From Parcubacteria group bacterium (GTDB taxonomy: Bacteria > Patescibacteriota > Minisyncoccia > Phycocordibacterales > CSBR16-119): a stretch of 64,000 nucleotides of DNA. The stretch covers positions 207,193 to 271,192 of the forward strand of contig CALRFT010000001.1 of assembly GCA_943356745.1 (NCBI GenBank), in the 5' to 3' direction. Of the stretch, positions 1 through 9,535 are shown piece after piece (position 1 is the stretch's first letter; each line of letters starts with the position of its first letter). The notes beneath the pieces were generated by a model, which saw only the letters and a list, made by a program, of their open reading frames with translations, did not search any database and was not told the DNA's origin. The position numbers and the translations under genes were made by a program.

Positions 1-1
1 A

Positions 2-235
2 GGTTTTCCAGATGTTCTTTATTACACAAAAACCAATAATTCTTTATTGGTTAAAATTCCACTCCCTCAAGATCTTGAAAAAAAGAAACGTGTTGTCTTT
101 CTTTTTAAAACCGAAACAGGTATCGCCTTTGGAACAAAAAAATCAAGCAAACATTGGTACACATTTTATTTTAAAACAATGACATGGTTATCAAAACCAA
201 AAAAAGGTGGTCATGACAATGAAAATGATCTTTAA
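2..235 (+). CDS. hypothetical protein, 5'-truncated by window edge
   Basis: Frame is open from position 2 to TAA at 235 and is followed by a terminator; no recognisable motif. Confidence 0.6.
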   Translation, partial: GFPDVLYYTKTNNSLLVKIPLPQDLEKKKRVVFLFKTETGIAFGTKKSSKHWYTFYFKTMTWLSKPKKGGHDNENDL

Positions 236-236
236 G

Positions 237-265
237 AAAAAAAACCGCAGACATGCGGTTTTTTT
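237..265. terminator. bidirectional intrinsic terminator
   Basis: A-tract CCGCA-gaca-TGCGG T-tract between convergent genes. Confidence 0.8.
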
Positions 266-1529
266 ATACAACAAATATTGAAGCGAGTCCGAGGAAGATT
301 AAGAATCCCAAAACGTCTGTTGCTGTTGTCACAAATATGATTGCAGATGTCGCAGGATCTTTTCCAAAAGATTTCATAATCACAGGAACAAGAGCTCCAA
401 ACAAACCAGCAACAACGAGATTGAGGAGGAGTGCAATTCCGACAACAAGACCAAGAAGTGGACTATGATTTAAATATGAGGAAACAAAAGCAACAACGAC
501 TCCGACAATGAAGCCATTTAAAAATCCAGCTTTTACTTCTTTCCATATAGCTTGTCTCACATTCATAAGAGAAACCTCTCCCATGGTAATTCCTCGAACC
601 GTCACCGCAAGTGTTTGAGACGCTGCGTTTCCTCCCATACCCGCAACAATTGGCATATACATTGCAAGCAAGACAAATTCATTGAGAGTATTTTCAAACA
701 AACTCACGACCCAAGCCGCAAGAAATCCAGTCCCAAGGTTGATAAGGAGCCATTTATAGCGATGATCAACTTTTGAAATAACAGGGTCAAATACACGTTC
801 TGTATCTGAAACTCCAGCAAAATCATAGAGTGCCTCAGCTGCACCATTTTTAAAGAGTTTTAAAACATCGTCAACATAAATAATACCAATCACACTTCCA
901 TCGGTGTCAGTCACAACAACCTTCTTCTTTTGATTCTTTGTATTAAAAACCTTTTTAATTTCCTGAAGCGAAGCTTTGTAGTGAAGTGATACCACTGGTG
1001 TTATATATTTTTTAAGTTTTGCAGTATTTCTCTCACGAACAAGAGTTCCTGTTGGAACTTCACCAATACAAATTCCTTTTTCTTGAACAAGAACCTCAGG
1101 AGTTTTACCTGTTTCTTTATAGTGTGAATCAATCAGGTTTGAAACTTCTGTAATCGTTGCATTTGGAGAAAGTAAAATGTAGTTAAAGTTGAGGAGAGAA
1201 AATTCTGCCTTTGGAGAAAACTGCAAAAAGAATTCTGATTTTTCTTTAAGCTCTTGTTTCAAACGCCCCGCTACACTCTTTCGTTTCTTTTCATTTTTAA
1301 TACGAGCAAGAACTTTTCCTGCTTCATCAAGATCAAGCTGATCAACAAAGGCTACAAGCTCTTTGATTGAAAGTGATTCAAGAATTGTTTGTTGTACATG
1401 AGGAGAAAGCGAAAAAAATATTTCAACCTGAGATGGTGTGTCATATTTTCGAAACAAATCCAAACGACGAGACGCGTGATATGTCACGTCGTGAGAAATT
1501 TTTTGTATTTCTTGTTTGGAGTTCTTCAT
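264..1529 (-). CDS. mgtE: magnesium transporter MgtE
   Basis: N-terminal and CBS-like region, then R..WLL, MGGNAASQT and DPA..A..F.TT.TD transmembrane motifs. Confidence 0.93.
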   Translation of the reverse strand: MKNSKQEIQKISHDVTYHASRRLDLFRKYDTPSQVEIFFSLSPHVQQTILESLSIKELVAFVDQLDLDEAGKVLARIKNEKKRKSVAGRLKQELKEKSEFFLQFSPKAEFSLLNFNYILLSPNATITEVSNLIDSHYKETGKTPEVLVQEKGICIGEVPTGTLVRERNTAKLKKYITPVVSLHYKASLQEIKKVFNTKNQKKKVVVTDTDGSVIGIIYVDDVLKLFKNGAAEALYDFAGVSDTERVFDPVISKVDHRYKWLLINLGTGFLAAWVVSLFENTLNEFVLLAMYMPIVAGMGGNAASQTLAVTVRGITMGEVSLMNVRQAIWKEVKAGFLNGFIVGVVVAFVSSYLNHSPLLGLVVGIALLLNLVVAGLFGALVPVIMKSFGKDPATSAIIFVTTATDVLGFLIFLGLASIFVV

Positions 1530-1593
1530 ACATGCAATATTGTATCATGAAAAAAAATTACAAATAAAAATCACTTCATGTGTGAAGTGATTT

Positions 1594-3066
1594 TTATTTT
1601 GCTAAATCTAAAATTTCATCGATACGAATTTGTTCCACAAATTCTGGAACGTGTGACACAAGAATCATCACACCTTGATATTCATCGAGTGCTTTTGCAA
1701 TCACAGGCAAGTGACGAAAATTGATGTGATTTGTTGGTTCATCAAGAATCAAAATTCCAGGACGTTCAATCACAAGACGAGCAAAGGCAACAAGACCTTT
1801 TTGCCCTTCTGACAAAAGACCAATCTTTGTTCCCACCATTTCTCGAGTAACAAGAAAACTTGCAAGTACAGCGCGAATTTTTTCTTCATCAACTCGCCCT
1901 GCAAGTTCAAACATTGCAGCAGCAAGAGACTCGTATGGAGTTTGATTGAAATCAAGAGTTGAAAAATCTTGTCTGTAGTATCCAATACGAACATTCTTAT
2001 CAATCACAACACCTTCTGCAGTTCCATTTGCAATTGATTCAAGAAGAGTACTTTTCCCTATTCCGTTTGGACCTTTCAAAAGAAGATGAGTTTTTTTCTT
2101 GAGTCGAAGTTCTACTTTCTTCTTTTTTGGAGTGTTGTTTTTAAGTACAGTAACAGAAGAAAAAGAAACAATATCTCCAGACATATCTTCTTGAGCTGGA
2201 ATAATAAAATCACGAATTGCCTTATCTTCTTTTCGAACATCAACTTTTTGATCTTCAAGTTCTTCTGCAAGATCTCGCATTCTTTTTGCCACTGCTCGAA
2301 GATTTCCCCCTTTCATCGCAAAGGCGTTTGCTTGTTCTTTTTTTGCTTGAATATTTTTTGAAAGAAGTGCATTTTGTCTATTCTCTCGTTCCATTCGCGC
2401 AGCAATTTGGTTTCGTACATCGGTATAGTCTCCGACATATTGTTCTATCTTTCGAGTGAAGACATCCAAGTACAACACAGCATCTGTGAAAGCATTCAAA
2501 AATTCCGCATCGTGAGAAATCACAATCACTGTCTTTCGGTAGTTAATCAAAAAGTCTGTAAGGTGCTCAATTCCTGCCTTATCAAGATTGTTTGTTGGTT
2601 CATCAAGCAAAAGAATATCTGGTTCTTGAATAAGTGCTGACGCAAGAAGAAGACGTGCTTGTTGTCCACCAGAAAATGATTTTACAATTCTGTCGTGGAT
2701 TGTTTCGTGACCCACCAAGTGAACAATCTCAAGAACTTCATCAATTCTTCGATCGATATCATATATTTTTTCTTTGAAACACTTTTGAAAAAAGTCTCGC
2801 ACGGTAAGTTCAAGTTCGTCTCGAGGAATTACCTGGCGTGAAAGTGCAACACTGATTTTGTTTGAAATATTAATCACCCCTTCATCTGGAGAAAAAGCTC
2901 CTGTCATGAGTCCGAAGAGTGTCGATTTCCCTGCTCCGTTTTGTCCCATGATAGTTACCTTCATTCCTCGACGCACAGAAAAAGAAACCTCATCCAAGAT
3001 GGGTTTATTTGGATTGTGTTCAAAAGACACATTTTCAAATCTGAGTATTACTTCTCCGTGTGACAT
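1594..3066 (-). CDS. ABC-F family ATPase
   Basis: Two ABC domains (GQNGAGKS, SGGQ, LDEPTNNLD; GPNGIGKS, LDEPTNH) with no TM segments. Confidence 0.92.
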   Translation of the reverse strand: MSHGEVILRFENVSFEHNPNKPILDEVSFSVRRGMKVTIMGQNGAGKSTLFGLMTGAFSPDEGVINISNKISVALSRQVIPRDELELTVRDFFQKCFKEKIYDIDRRIDEVLEIVHLVGHETIHDRIVKSFSGGQQARLLLASALIQEPDILLLDEPTNNLDKAGIEHLTDFLINYRKTVIVISHDAEFLNAFTDAVLYLDVFTRKIEQYVGDYTDVRNQIAARMERENRQNALLSKNIQAKKEQANAFAMKGGNLRAVAKRMRDLAEELEDQKVDVRKEDKAIRDFIIPAQEDMSGDIVSFSSVTVLKNNTPKKKKVELRLKKKTHLLLKGPNGIGKSTLLESIANGTAEGVVIDKNVRIGYYRQDFSTLDFNQTPYESLAAAMFELAGRVDEEKIRAVLASFLVTREMVGTKIGLLSEGQKGLVAFARLVIERPGILILDEPTNHINFRHLPVIAKALDEYQGVMILVSHVPEFVEQIRIDEILDLAK

Positions 3067-3105
3067 AGACTGCTATACTATCCTAAAATGTCAAAAAAAG
3101 CGAGT

Positions 3106-3140
3106 AATATAAAAATCTCCGGTCTGGAGATTTTTATATT
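3106..3140. terminator. intrinsic terminator of the micro-ORF at 3139-3201
   Basis: AATATAAAAATCTCC-ggtct-GGAGATTTTTATATT perfect inverted repeat. Confidence 0.8.
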
Positions 3141-3201
3141 ACTTTTTAGCCTTCTTTGGTTTTTTTACTTCTTTTCTTCGAGAATCATTTCCCTTTGCCA
3201 T
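3139..3201 (-). CDS. 20-aa Lys-rich small protein MAKGNDSRRKEVKKPKKAKK
   Basis: Manual translation; TATAAT about 35 nt upstream and terminator directly after TAA. Confidence 0.7.
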   Translation of the reverse strand: MAKGNDSRRKEVKKPKKAKK

Positions 3202-3345
3202 AGATATAAGAAATTTAATGTAATAACGACACTTGTATTATACAACCTCTTTTACAGGAGAGGTTCTGTGTAAAACTTTTTTTGACAACTTGTTTCTTTT
3301 GATTGTGATATACTACAGGTAGTTATAAATTAACCTATTATCAGT

Positions 3346-3654
3346 ATGAACAAAGCAATTATCACAACCTTGATTGGTGGCGCAATTGTTGGAGGAGGAA
3401 TCATATATTCTCAATCTCGAGAAGGCAACGAAACACACTCAATCATTACTCTCCAGGGAGTTAACGCTTCTGGGGTTGAGCAGTCACTCACCTTTGATCA
3501 CAACAGTTGTAATTATTCTGATTCAACAGGAATTGTAATTGATGGACAAGCAAACTCTTCACAGGTTGAAGAAACCTGTATGCTTGGATCTGAATCAAAC
3601 CTCACCGAAAGCCAATTTAGCTGTGCTTTGGAATTTTGTAAAAATACCCCTTAA
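3346..3654 (+). CDS. secreted/anchored Cys-rich protein (paralog of 39712-40089)
   Basis: N-terminal hydrophobic segment, 4 Cys, LTESQFSCALEFC motif. Confidence 0.8.
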   Translation: MNKAIITTLIGGAIVGGGIIYSQSREGNETHSIITLQGVNASGVEQSLTFDHNSCNYSDSTGIVIDGQANSSQVEETCMLGSESNLTESQFSCALEFCKNTP

Positions 3655-3725
3655 ATATGGGGTATTTTTACTATATTTGACATATTTATATATATATTAT
3701 ATAATGCTTTTCAAATTCTAGACCT

Positions 3726-4055
3726 ATGAAAAAAGTAATCGTTCTTCTTGTAACAGGGTTCTTGCTTTTGTTCGCCAGAGGCGCTCAAGCTCAAGGAAGC
3801 CGTATTGGACTCTCTGTTCACAACGACAGTGTCACTGTCATTATCCTCAGTCTTGGTGAAGATGAGGAGGTTTTCTATAAGATTCAACCGAAAGACTCTG
3901 AGAATCCTCAGAAACAAAACACTCTTCCCCTTGAATTGGAGCAAACCTTCTTGATCCCACAATTTGCTCATGAGAAACCTCATGAACTTACAATCTTTAT
4001 CCAAAAAAAGGACGGGACTGTTGCAGAGGAAAAATCTTTTGAGATTGAACTTTAA
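3726..4055 (+). CDS. secreted hypothetical protein
   Basis: Sec signal peptide MKKVIVLL...AQA|Q; own TTGACA/TATAAT promoter and terminator at 4054-4086. Confidence 0.8.
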   Translation: MKKVIVLLVTGFLLLFARGAQAQGSRIGLSVHNDSVTVIILSLGEDEEVFYKIQPKDSENPQKQNTLPLELEQTFLIPQFAHEKPHELTIFIQKKDGTVAEEKSFEIEL

Positions 4056-4095
4056 AAAGGGTTCGCGCTTTGCGCGAACCCTTTTTCTTTTTCTT

Positions 4096-4308
4096 TTACA
4101 ACTTCTCAATCTCCTTCAAATCCTTGTCAGGAATATACAAAATCAAAAGCCCAACAGCAACACCAACCACAGCAGTCCACGTGTGATCACCATTCCAAAA
4201 TAAGTCATCAACCCAATCGAGAATATACCAAACCCCTCTCCACACGAGCACAATACCAAGAATCGTGAGAAGATTTTTTCCAAGATGAATTTTTGTATGT
4301 TTTGCCAT
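4096..4308 (-). CDS. small two-TM membrane protein
   Basis: GIVLVWRGVWYILD...LLILY pattern; TGATATACT 6 nt before ATG. Confidence 0.8.
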   Translation of the reverse strand: MAKHTKIHLGKNLLTILGIVLVWRGVWYILDWVDDLFWNGDHTWTAVVGVAVGLLILYIPDKDLKEIEKL

Positions 4309-4320
4309 GTGTATAGTATA

Positions 4321-4740
4321 TCAAACAAAAAGCTCACTTCGCGTGAGCTTTTCTTTTTGTTTGATTTTTGGTTTTGGGTCTTGAGTATCCTTTTGACCCG
4401 AGAACTTTTTTCTTTGTTTTTTCTTGAACATGAATAGCTCCAAAAAAATGAAGACTGAATGTGATGCATTTCTTGTTATGTATCTTTCCTTTTTTGGTTT
4501 ATAAACAACACCAAACGAATATCCCATATCTATTGCTTTTTGTTTCCAGACTTCAGAAACAACAAGATAGACAAAGTATGATTCTTGGTTTTGTTCTAGA
4601 AAATCAATGAAGTGTTCAAAATTTTTGAATCGAAAGTTCTGTTCTTCGATTTTGCATTTTTTACCATGCATTGAAAGAAGAAGTGTTTTCTGTCCAGCCC
4701 AAAGCGGATGGCGAGAAACCCAAAGAATGTTTTTCTGCAT
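4321..4740 (-). CDS. hypothetical protein (ILWxSRH N-terminus)
   Basis: ORF with ATG; the C-terminus runs through a terminator hairpin, so the end is uncertain. Confidence 0.65.
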   Translation of the reverse strand: MQKNILWVSRHPLWAGQKTLLLSMHGKKCKIEEQNFRFKNFEHFIDFLEQNQESYFVYLVVSEVWKQKAIDMGYSFGVVYKPKKERYITRNASHSVFIFLELFMFKKKQRKKFSGQKDTQDPKPKIKQKEKLTRSELFV

Positions 4741-4770
4741 ACAGAAAGGTAATGGTTTAGTTCCATTCTA

Positions 4771-5031
4771 TCACGAATCTGTCTTTTTAAAATATCGCAT
4801 TTTTTCTTCCCGAGAAAGCCTTTTAATCTCCGCTTCCCTCTTTCGAGACTCTGCATATGTTTCGCATGCTTCAAAATATTTCAAAGTCACAGGCCTTCTT
4901 ATTTTTGTATAGTGCGCACCGTTTTTTGAAGTGTTATGGTCTTTGACTCTTTTTTCAAGATTGTTGGTTGAGCCAGTATAGAGACTCCCGTCAGAGCATT
5001 CCAAAATGTATACAAAATATGATTGTTCCAT
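4771..5031 (-). CDS. GIY-YIG nuclease family (UPF0213-like)
   Basis: YFVYILECSDGSLYTGSTNNLEKR, YT..RRP, REAEIK; start moved to the ATG at 5031. Confidence 0.93.
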   Translation of the reverse strand: MEQSYFVYILECSDGSLYTGSTNNLEKRVKDHNTSKNGAHYTKIRRPVTLKYFEACETYAESRKREAEIKRLSREEKMRYFKKTDS

Positions 5032-5135
5032 AGGACTATTGTACTTTATATTTTGATTGAAAAAAGCCCCCATTTCGGGTAGGATATGAGTATTACTCAA
5101 TCACCCGTCTATATAAAGGGGGCTGTTGGTAATAT

Positions 5136-5206
5136 TGCCCGATCGTCTAGTGGTAGGACACCGGTTTCTGGCACCGGTAACTGGGGTTCGAATCCCTGTC
5201 GGGCAG
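5136..5206 (+). tRNA. tRNA-Gln (CTG), CCA not encoded
   Basis: Acceptor stem TGCCCGA/TCGGGCA, anticodon arm CCGGT-TTCTGGC-ACCGG, T loop GGTTCGAATCC. Confidence 0.96.
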
Positions 5207-5275
5207 CTGCACAAGATAATATGTTTCGAACTAGTTTTCTACTCTAATCTAGAGGGGTTTTGATATAATAAAAAT

Positions 5276-6007
5276 ATGGAAAAAATACCACAAGAAAATC
5301 CTAAGATTTTGAAAGAGAAAAAATGGGAAGAAGAAAAAATAATAGTTGATAATATAACAGATCGACTTGGTATGCATATTGATGATGGTATAAAAGATAC
5401 TGTTATAGCTTTGCGTCTTCTTGGTTTTGAAACAACACAATCTCATGAAGGAAAAATAGACAGAGTTGCATATCCTTATGTTGATATTTCAACAAGCAAA
5501 ACCCTGGAACAGTATGAAGCAAGGAGAAATACATATAAAACACAAGAATATAAAGATATTGAACATCAGATAGATATCATAAGAAAAGAAATTAACGAAT
5601 TACAAGAATCAGATTATCAAAAATATTTATTATTAGAAGAAGAAGAAAACAAACTTTTCGAAAAACTAGATGACTTAGCAATAGAAGACAAGATATATAA
5701 TCCTGAAATAGATAATGACGAAGATTTAAAAACACTTAAAACACAGATCAGAAAAGAGGATCTAGAAACAAAAAACCATCTACAGATACTATTGGATGAG
5801 TTTTATCAAGATAAAACCAGAGATGATATTTCATTAATAGTATTGAAATACTCACCATTTGGTATAACAAGAATATCAAATGAAGGATTAGATCTTCAAG
5901 AGACAGAGCAAGATGAAATAGCGAAAAAAGAAAGACTGTTAGCATTTCAAAAAGAAATGTTTGATTTTACGGAGTTTCTTAAGAGAAAGTATTTTGAAGT
6001 AAGTTAA
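5276..6007 (+). CDS. hypothetical protein (D.LG..ID.GI...V.AL...G..T..S.EG motif, coiled-coil insert)
   Basis: 243-aa A-rich ORF downstream of the tRNA, with own -10 and terminator at 6007-6038. Confidence 0.85.
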   Translation: MEKIPQENPKILKEKKWEEEKIIVDNITDRLGMHIDDGIKDTVIALRLLGFETTQSHEGKIDRVAYPYVDISTSKTLEQYEARRNTYKTQEYKDIEHQIDIIRKEINELQESDYQKYLLLEEEENKLFEKLDDLAIEDKIYNPEIDNDEDLKTLKTQIRKEDLETKNHLQILLDEFYQDKTRDDISLIVLKYSPFGITRISNEGLDLQETEQDEIAKKERLLAFQKEMFDFTEFLKRKYFEVS

Positions 6008-6075
6008 TAAAAAACCGGATATGTATCCGGTTTTTTATTTTTTAAAGGTTTTCCAAACCATGCTAAAATAAATAT

Positions 6076-6687
6076 ATGTCCCATAAAGATATTGATACCA
6101 AAAGAATGAAAATAGAGTCTGCGATTACTGAAACCCTAGAGAAAGTTCAAAATATTTTTAATGTATATGATGTGTCAGTTCATGTAATAGAAGATAAAGA
6201 AAAAATAATTCCTGAAACTGGAATCGGTGGTTTCACGCCAGATTCTCATACTATTTTTATATATTATGATTTAGAACATGAAAACTTTAAGAAAAATATA
6301 AAACAGGAAATCGCGAGTACTCTCAGTCATGAATTTCACCATGCAGTCCGAAATAGAACTTTCGATTGGACACAAGACACTTTGCTTGGAGCTATGGTGA
6401 CTGAAGGTTTAGCTGATCATTTTGATATTGAAATGAATAAAGGAAAACCAAAACCTTGGTCTCTAGCACTTTCAGATTCTAAAATAATAGAAATTGAAAA
6501 ACTTGCAGGTTTAGAATTCAACAATCGAGAATACAACCACAGTGACTGGTTTTTTGGGTCACAAGAAAAAAATATCCCAAAATGGGCAGGATATGCAATT
6601 GGTTTCAAGATTGTAAAAGAATATCTACAAAAAACCAACAAAAAAGCTTCTGAATTAGTATCCGAACCTGCAGAAATGTTTTTATAA
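6076..6687 (+). CDS. DUF2268-like putative Zn-dependent protease
   Basis: HEFHH zinc motif, EGLADHF, PKWAGYAIG. Confidence 0.88.
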   Translation: MSHKDIDTKRMKIESAITETLEKVQNIFNVYDVSVHVIEDKEKIIPETGIGGFTPDSHTIFIYYDLEHENFKKNIKQEIASTLSHEFHHAVRNRTFDWTQDTLLGAMVTEGLADHFDIEMNKGKPKPWSLALSDSKIIEIEKLAGLEFNNREYNHSDWFFGSQEKNIPKWAGYAIGFKIVKEYLQKTNKKASELVSEPAEMFL

Positions 6688-6716
6688 AAGCTTTCAAACC
6701 ATGCTACAATAAACAC

Positions 6717-7424
6717 ATGTCAGAAGAACGATTTAGACCAAAAAAACTTACCATCGAGGAAATTCGTGAAGGGTGTATTTATGCAAATAAGGGAAACGAA
6801 AAAGAAATTCGAATCTGTGCAATGGATGAAGAATTCCGACAAGGAATGAATACCATTGAAGAAACAGGACGAGCTGTTACCTTTTTTGGATCAGCGCGAA
6901 CACCAGTAGACGACCCATACTATCAAAAAGCAAAACGGCTCGCTGAACGGATTGCAAAAGAAACAGACTTTGCAGTGGTAACAGGTGGAGGACCTGGAGT
7001 CATGGGTGCTGGAAACGAAGGAGCCTACAAAGCTGGTGGAGAATCAATCGGATTTACCATCAAGCTTCCAATGGAACAAACTACAAATCCTTTTGTAACT
7101 CACGAAGTTCCTTTCTACTACTTCTTTACCCGAAAGGTTTCCATGACCTTTGCTGCGGACGCATTTCTTGCCTTCCCTGGCGGTTTTGGAACCATCGATG
7201 AGATTTCAGAAGTTCTCACACTTGTACAAACAGGAAAAATGGAAAAGCTTCCAATCATTCTTGTCGGGGTGGAATTCTGGACACCGCTTGTAGACTTCTT
7301 CAGAAAGACCATGCTTGAACAATACAAAACAATCTCTCCAGAAGATATGGATTTGTTTATCGTTACAGACGACGAAGACCTGATTTTGGAAACAATCAAA
7401 AAATCTCCAACTCGAGAGAAATAA
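6717..7424 (+). CDS. LOG family protein (TIGR00730-type nucleotide phosphoribohydrolase)
   Basis: FFGSART, TGGGPGVM, PGGFGTIDE. Confidence 0.95.
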   Translation: MSEERFRPKKLTIEEIREGCIYANKGNEKEIRICAMDEEFRQGMNTIEETGRAVTFFGSARTPVDDPYYQKAKRLAERIAKETDFAVVTGGGPGVMGAGNEGAYKAGGESIGFTIKLPMEQTTNPFVTHEVPFYYFFTRKVSMTFAADAFLAFPGGFGTIDEISEVLTLVQTGKMEKLPIILVGVEFWTPLVDFFRKTMLEQYKTISPEDMDLFIVTDDEDLILETIKKSPTREK

Positions 7425-7516
7425 AATACACCTTACAAAAGGTGTATTTTATTTGACAAAAGACATAGAAGATAGATAATACATGGGAAATAAAGTACCA
7501 ATAAAAATCCAAAACC

Positions 7517-7831
7517 ATGGCAGAAGAAACAGTAACCAAAGAAAAACCAGAGAAAAGAATTCTTTTGTTTCCAACAGAGCAAAATGTACGAGAGGGACTT
7601 TTTGAAGCAACTGAATTCAGAACACTAACAGAAACTGGTCAGACAATCCTTGAGAAGATTATGTTTTCTAAACTCTCTTCATTTTTTGAAAACGACCTTC
7701 CTAACACCTTTGAATTTAAAGGAATACTGAAACGGGAAAATGAGTCTTTTTATGTTGAAGGAAGAATTGAAATTGGAACAAAAAAAGAAAGTTTTGTTCT
7801 AATCAATAAAGAACCCAAACAATTAGCATGA
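7517..7831 (+). CDS. hypothetical protein
   Basis: 104-aa ORF with upstream TTGACA...GATAAT promoter. Confidence 0.7.
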   Translation: MAEETVTKEKPEKRILLFPTEQNVREGLFEATEFRTLTETGQTILEKIMFSKLSSFFENDLPNTFEFKGILKRENESFYVEGRIEIGTKKESFVLINKEPKQLA

Positions 7832-7885
7832 GACTTTTCAGATTGTGCGGATAGCAAAAATGACAGGGATATTCCTGTCATTTTT

Positions 7886-9526
7886 TTATTCCCTATTCTT
7901 AATCGCTTGAATGAATGCTGAGAAGAGTGGATGTGGAGCAAGTGGTCTTGCAAGAAATTCTGGATGAAACTGAACCCCCAAAAAAAATGGATGTTTTTCA
8001 ACTGGAAGCTCTGCGATTTCCATCAAGTGTCCGTCAGGAGATTTTCCTGAGAAGACCAAACCTTTCTTTTCAAGTACTTCGATGTATTCTTCGTTTACCT
8101 CATATCGGTGACGATGTCTTTCCAAAACTGTTTTTGCTTTATATGATTTTTGCGCAATACTGCCCTCTTTCAAAACTGCTTCATATGAACCGAGTCGCAT
8201 TGATCCACCATAGTCACCACGGGCAAGCTTTTCTTTTTGATCAGGCATGATATGAATAACTAAATCTTTAGCTTTTGGATTGATTTCTTCTGTGTTTGCA
8301 TCTTTGAGTCCCAAAACATTTCGTGCATATTCAATCACAAGAAGTTGCATTCCGTAGCAAAGTCCAAAATATGGAATCTTGTTTTTACGTGCATATTCAA
8401 TCACATTTATTTTTCCTTGAATTCCTGTTTCTCCAAAACCTCCCGGGACCAAAATCCCTCCAAACTCTTTCAATTCTTTGAGGTTTTTTGTATCTTCAAA
8501 ATGTTTCGCGGAAAGCCAGACAAGATTTGCCTTCACACCAGCATGGGCAGCTGAGATTTTGAGAGCTTCGATTACAGAAATATATGAGTCAGAAAGCACG
8601 TAGTTTCCTGTTTCAAAATATTTTCCAATTACCGCGATTGAAATTTCTCCTTTTGGATTTTTAAATTTATTTACAAATCCCTTCCATTGATTCAAGTCTT
8701 TCTTTTTTGGCTTAAGGTTGAAGTGAGAAAGCATCCTGTTTCCAATTCCATCTTTTTCAAAGTTGATTGGAATATCATAGATACTTGAAACATCGGGCGC
8801 AGAGATAATATTTTCAGGTAAAACCCCACACATTGTTGCGAGTTTTTCTTTTCGTTTTTTGTCTACCGGATCAACAGAACGTGCAATGATAATATCTGGA
8901 TTGATTCCATACCCATTGAGCTGACGCACTGCATTTTGTGTTGGCTTTGTTTTCATTTCTCCAATAGTTGATGGGATTGGAAGATATGACACCATAGCAA
9001 ACATAACATCGTTTCGATTTTTTAAACGAAGCTGTCTTGCTGCCTCAAGGAAAATTGCGTTTTGATATTCTCCAATTGTTCCTCCAATTTCAACGACAAT
9101 AATATCTGAATCACCTTTTTTTGATACCTCTTTGAGTCGTCGCAAAATTTCTTCTGTAATGTGATATGTTGGTTCAACACAAGCTCCCTTGTATGCAAGT
9201 GCTCGCTCTTTGTCGATGACATATTTAAAAATCATTCCATTTGTCATGTAGTTTTCGCGTGGAAGTGATTTGTTGAGAAACCGTTCATAGTTTCCCATGT
9301 CTTGATCTGTTTCAAGACCTGACTCCATAACAAAAACCTCACCGTGTTCGGTGGGGTTCATGGTACCCGCATCTACGTTTAGATACGGGTCAGCTTTAAC
9401 GAGACTCACATTGAATCCCTTTGATTGAAGAATTGTTCCAATAGATGCGGTAGTGACACCCTTTCCAACGCCAGACATTACTCCGCCAACAACGAAAATA
9501 TATTTAGGTGTTTGTTTTTTTGCCAT
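7886..9526 (-). CDS. pyrG: CTP synthase
   Basis: GGVMSGVGKG, DPYLNVDAGTMNP.EHGEVFV, KTKPTQ, GATase GLCYGMQ, ERHRHRYE, QFHPEF. Confidence 0.98.
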   Translation of the reverse strand: MAKKQTPKYIFVVGGVMSGVGKGVTTASIGTILQSKGFNVSLVKADPYLNVDAGTMNPTEHGEVFVMESGLETDQDMGNYERFLNKSLPRENYMTNGMIFKYVIDKERALAYKGACVEPTYHITEEILRRLKEVSKKGDSDIIVVEIGGTIGEYQNAIFLEAARQLRLKNRNDVMFAMVSYLPIPSTIGEMKTKPTQNAVRQLNGYGINPDIIIARSVDPVDKKRKEKLATMCGVLPENIISAPDVSSIYDIPINFEKDGIGNRMLSHFNLKPKKKDLNQWKGFVNKFKNPKGEISIAVIGKYFETGNYVLSDSYISVIEALKISAAHAGVKANLVWLSAKHFEDTKNLKELKEFGGILVPGGFGETGIQGKINVIEYARKNKIPYFGLCYGMQLLVIEYARNVLGLKDANTEEINPKAKDLVIHIMPDQKEKLARGDYGGSMRLGSYEAVLKEGSIAQKSYKAKTVLERHRHRYEVNEEYIEVLEKKGLVFSGKSPDGHLMEIAELPVEKHPFFLGVQFHPEFLARPLAPHPLFSAFIQAIKNRE

Positions 9527-9535
9527 AGATGAAAA

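Noticed and set aside
3088-3273. Plus-strand 61-aa ORF
   Set aside because: Crosses a terminator and is antisense to the better-supported 20-aa micro-ORF
4330-4450. Possible frameshift at a T7 run in the 4321-4740 gene
   Set aside because: Both candidate frames stay open into the terminator; cannot be decided without homologs
5136-6690. Genomic island integrated at tRNA-Gln
   Set aside because: No duplicated tRNA 3' end and no integrase found; only the A-rich composition is suggestive
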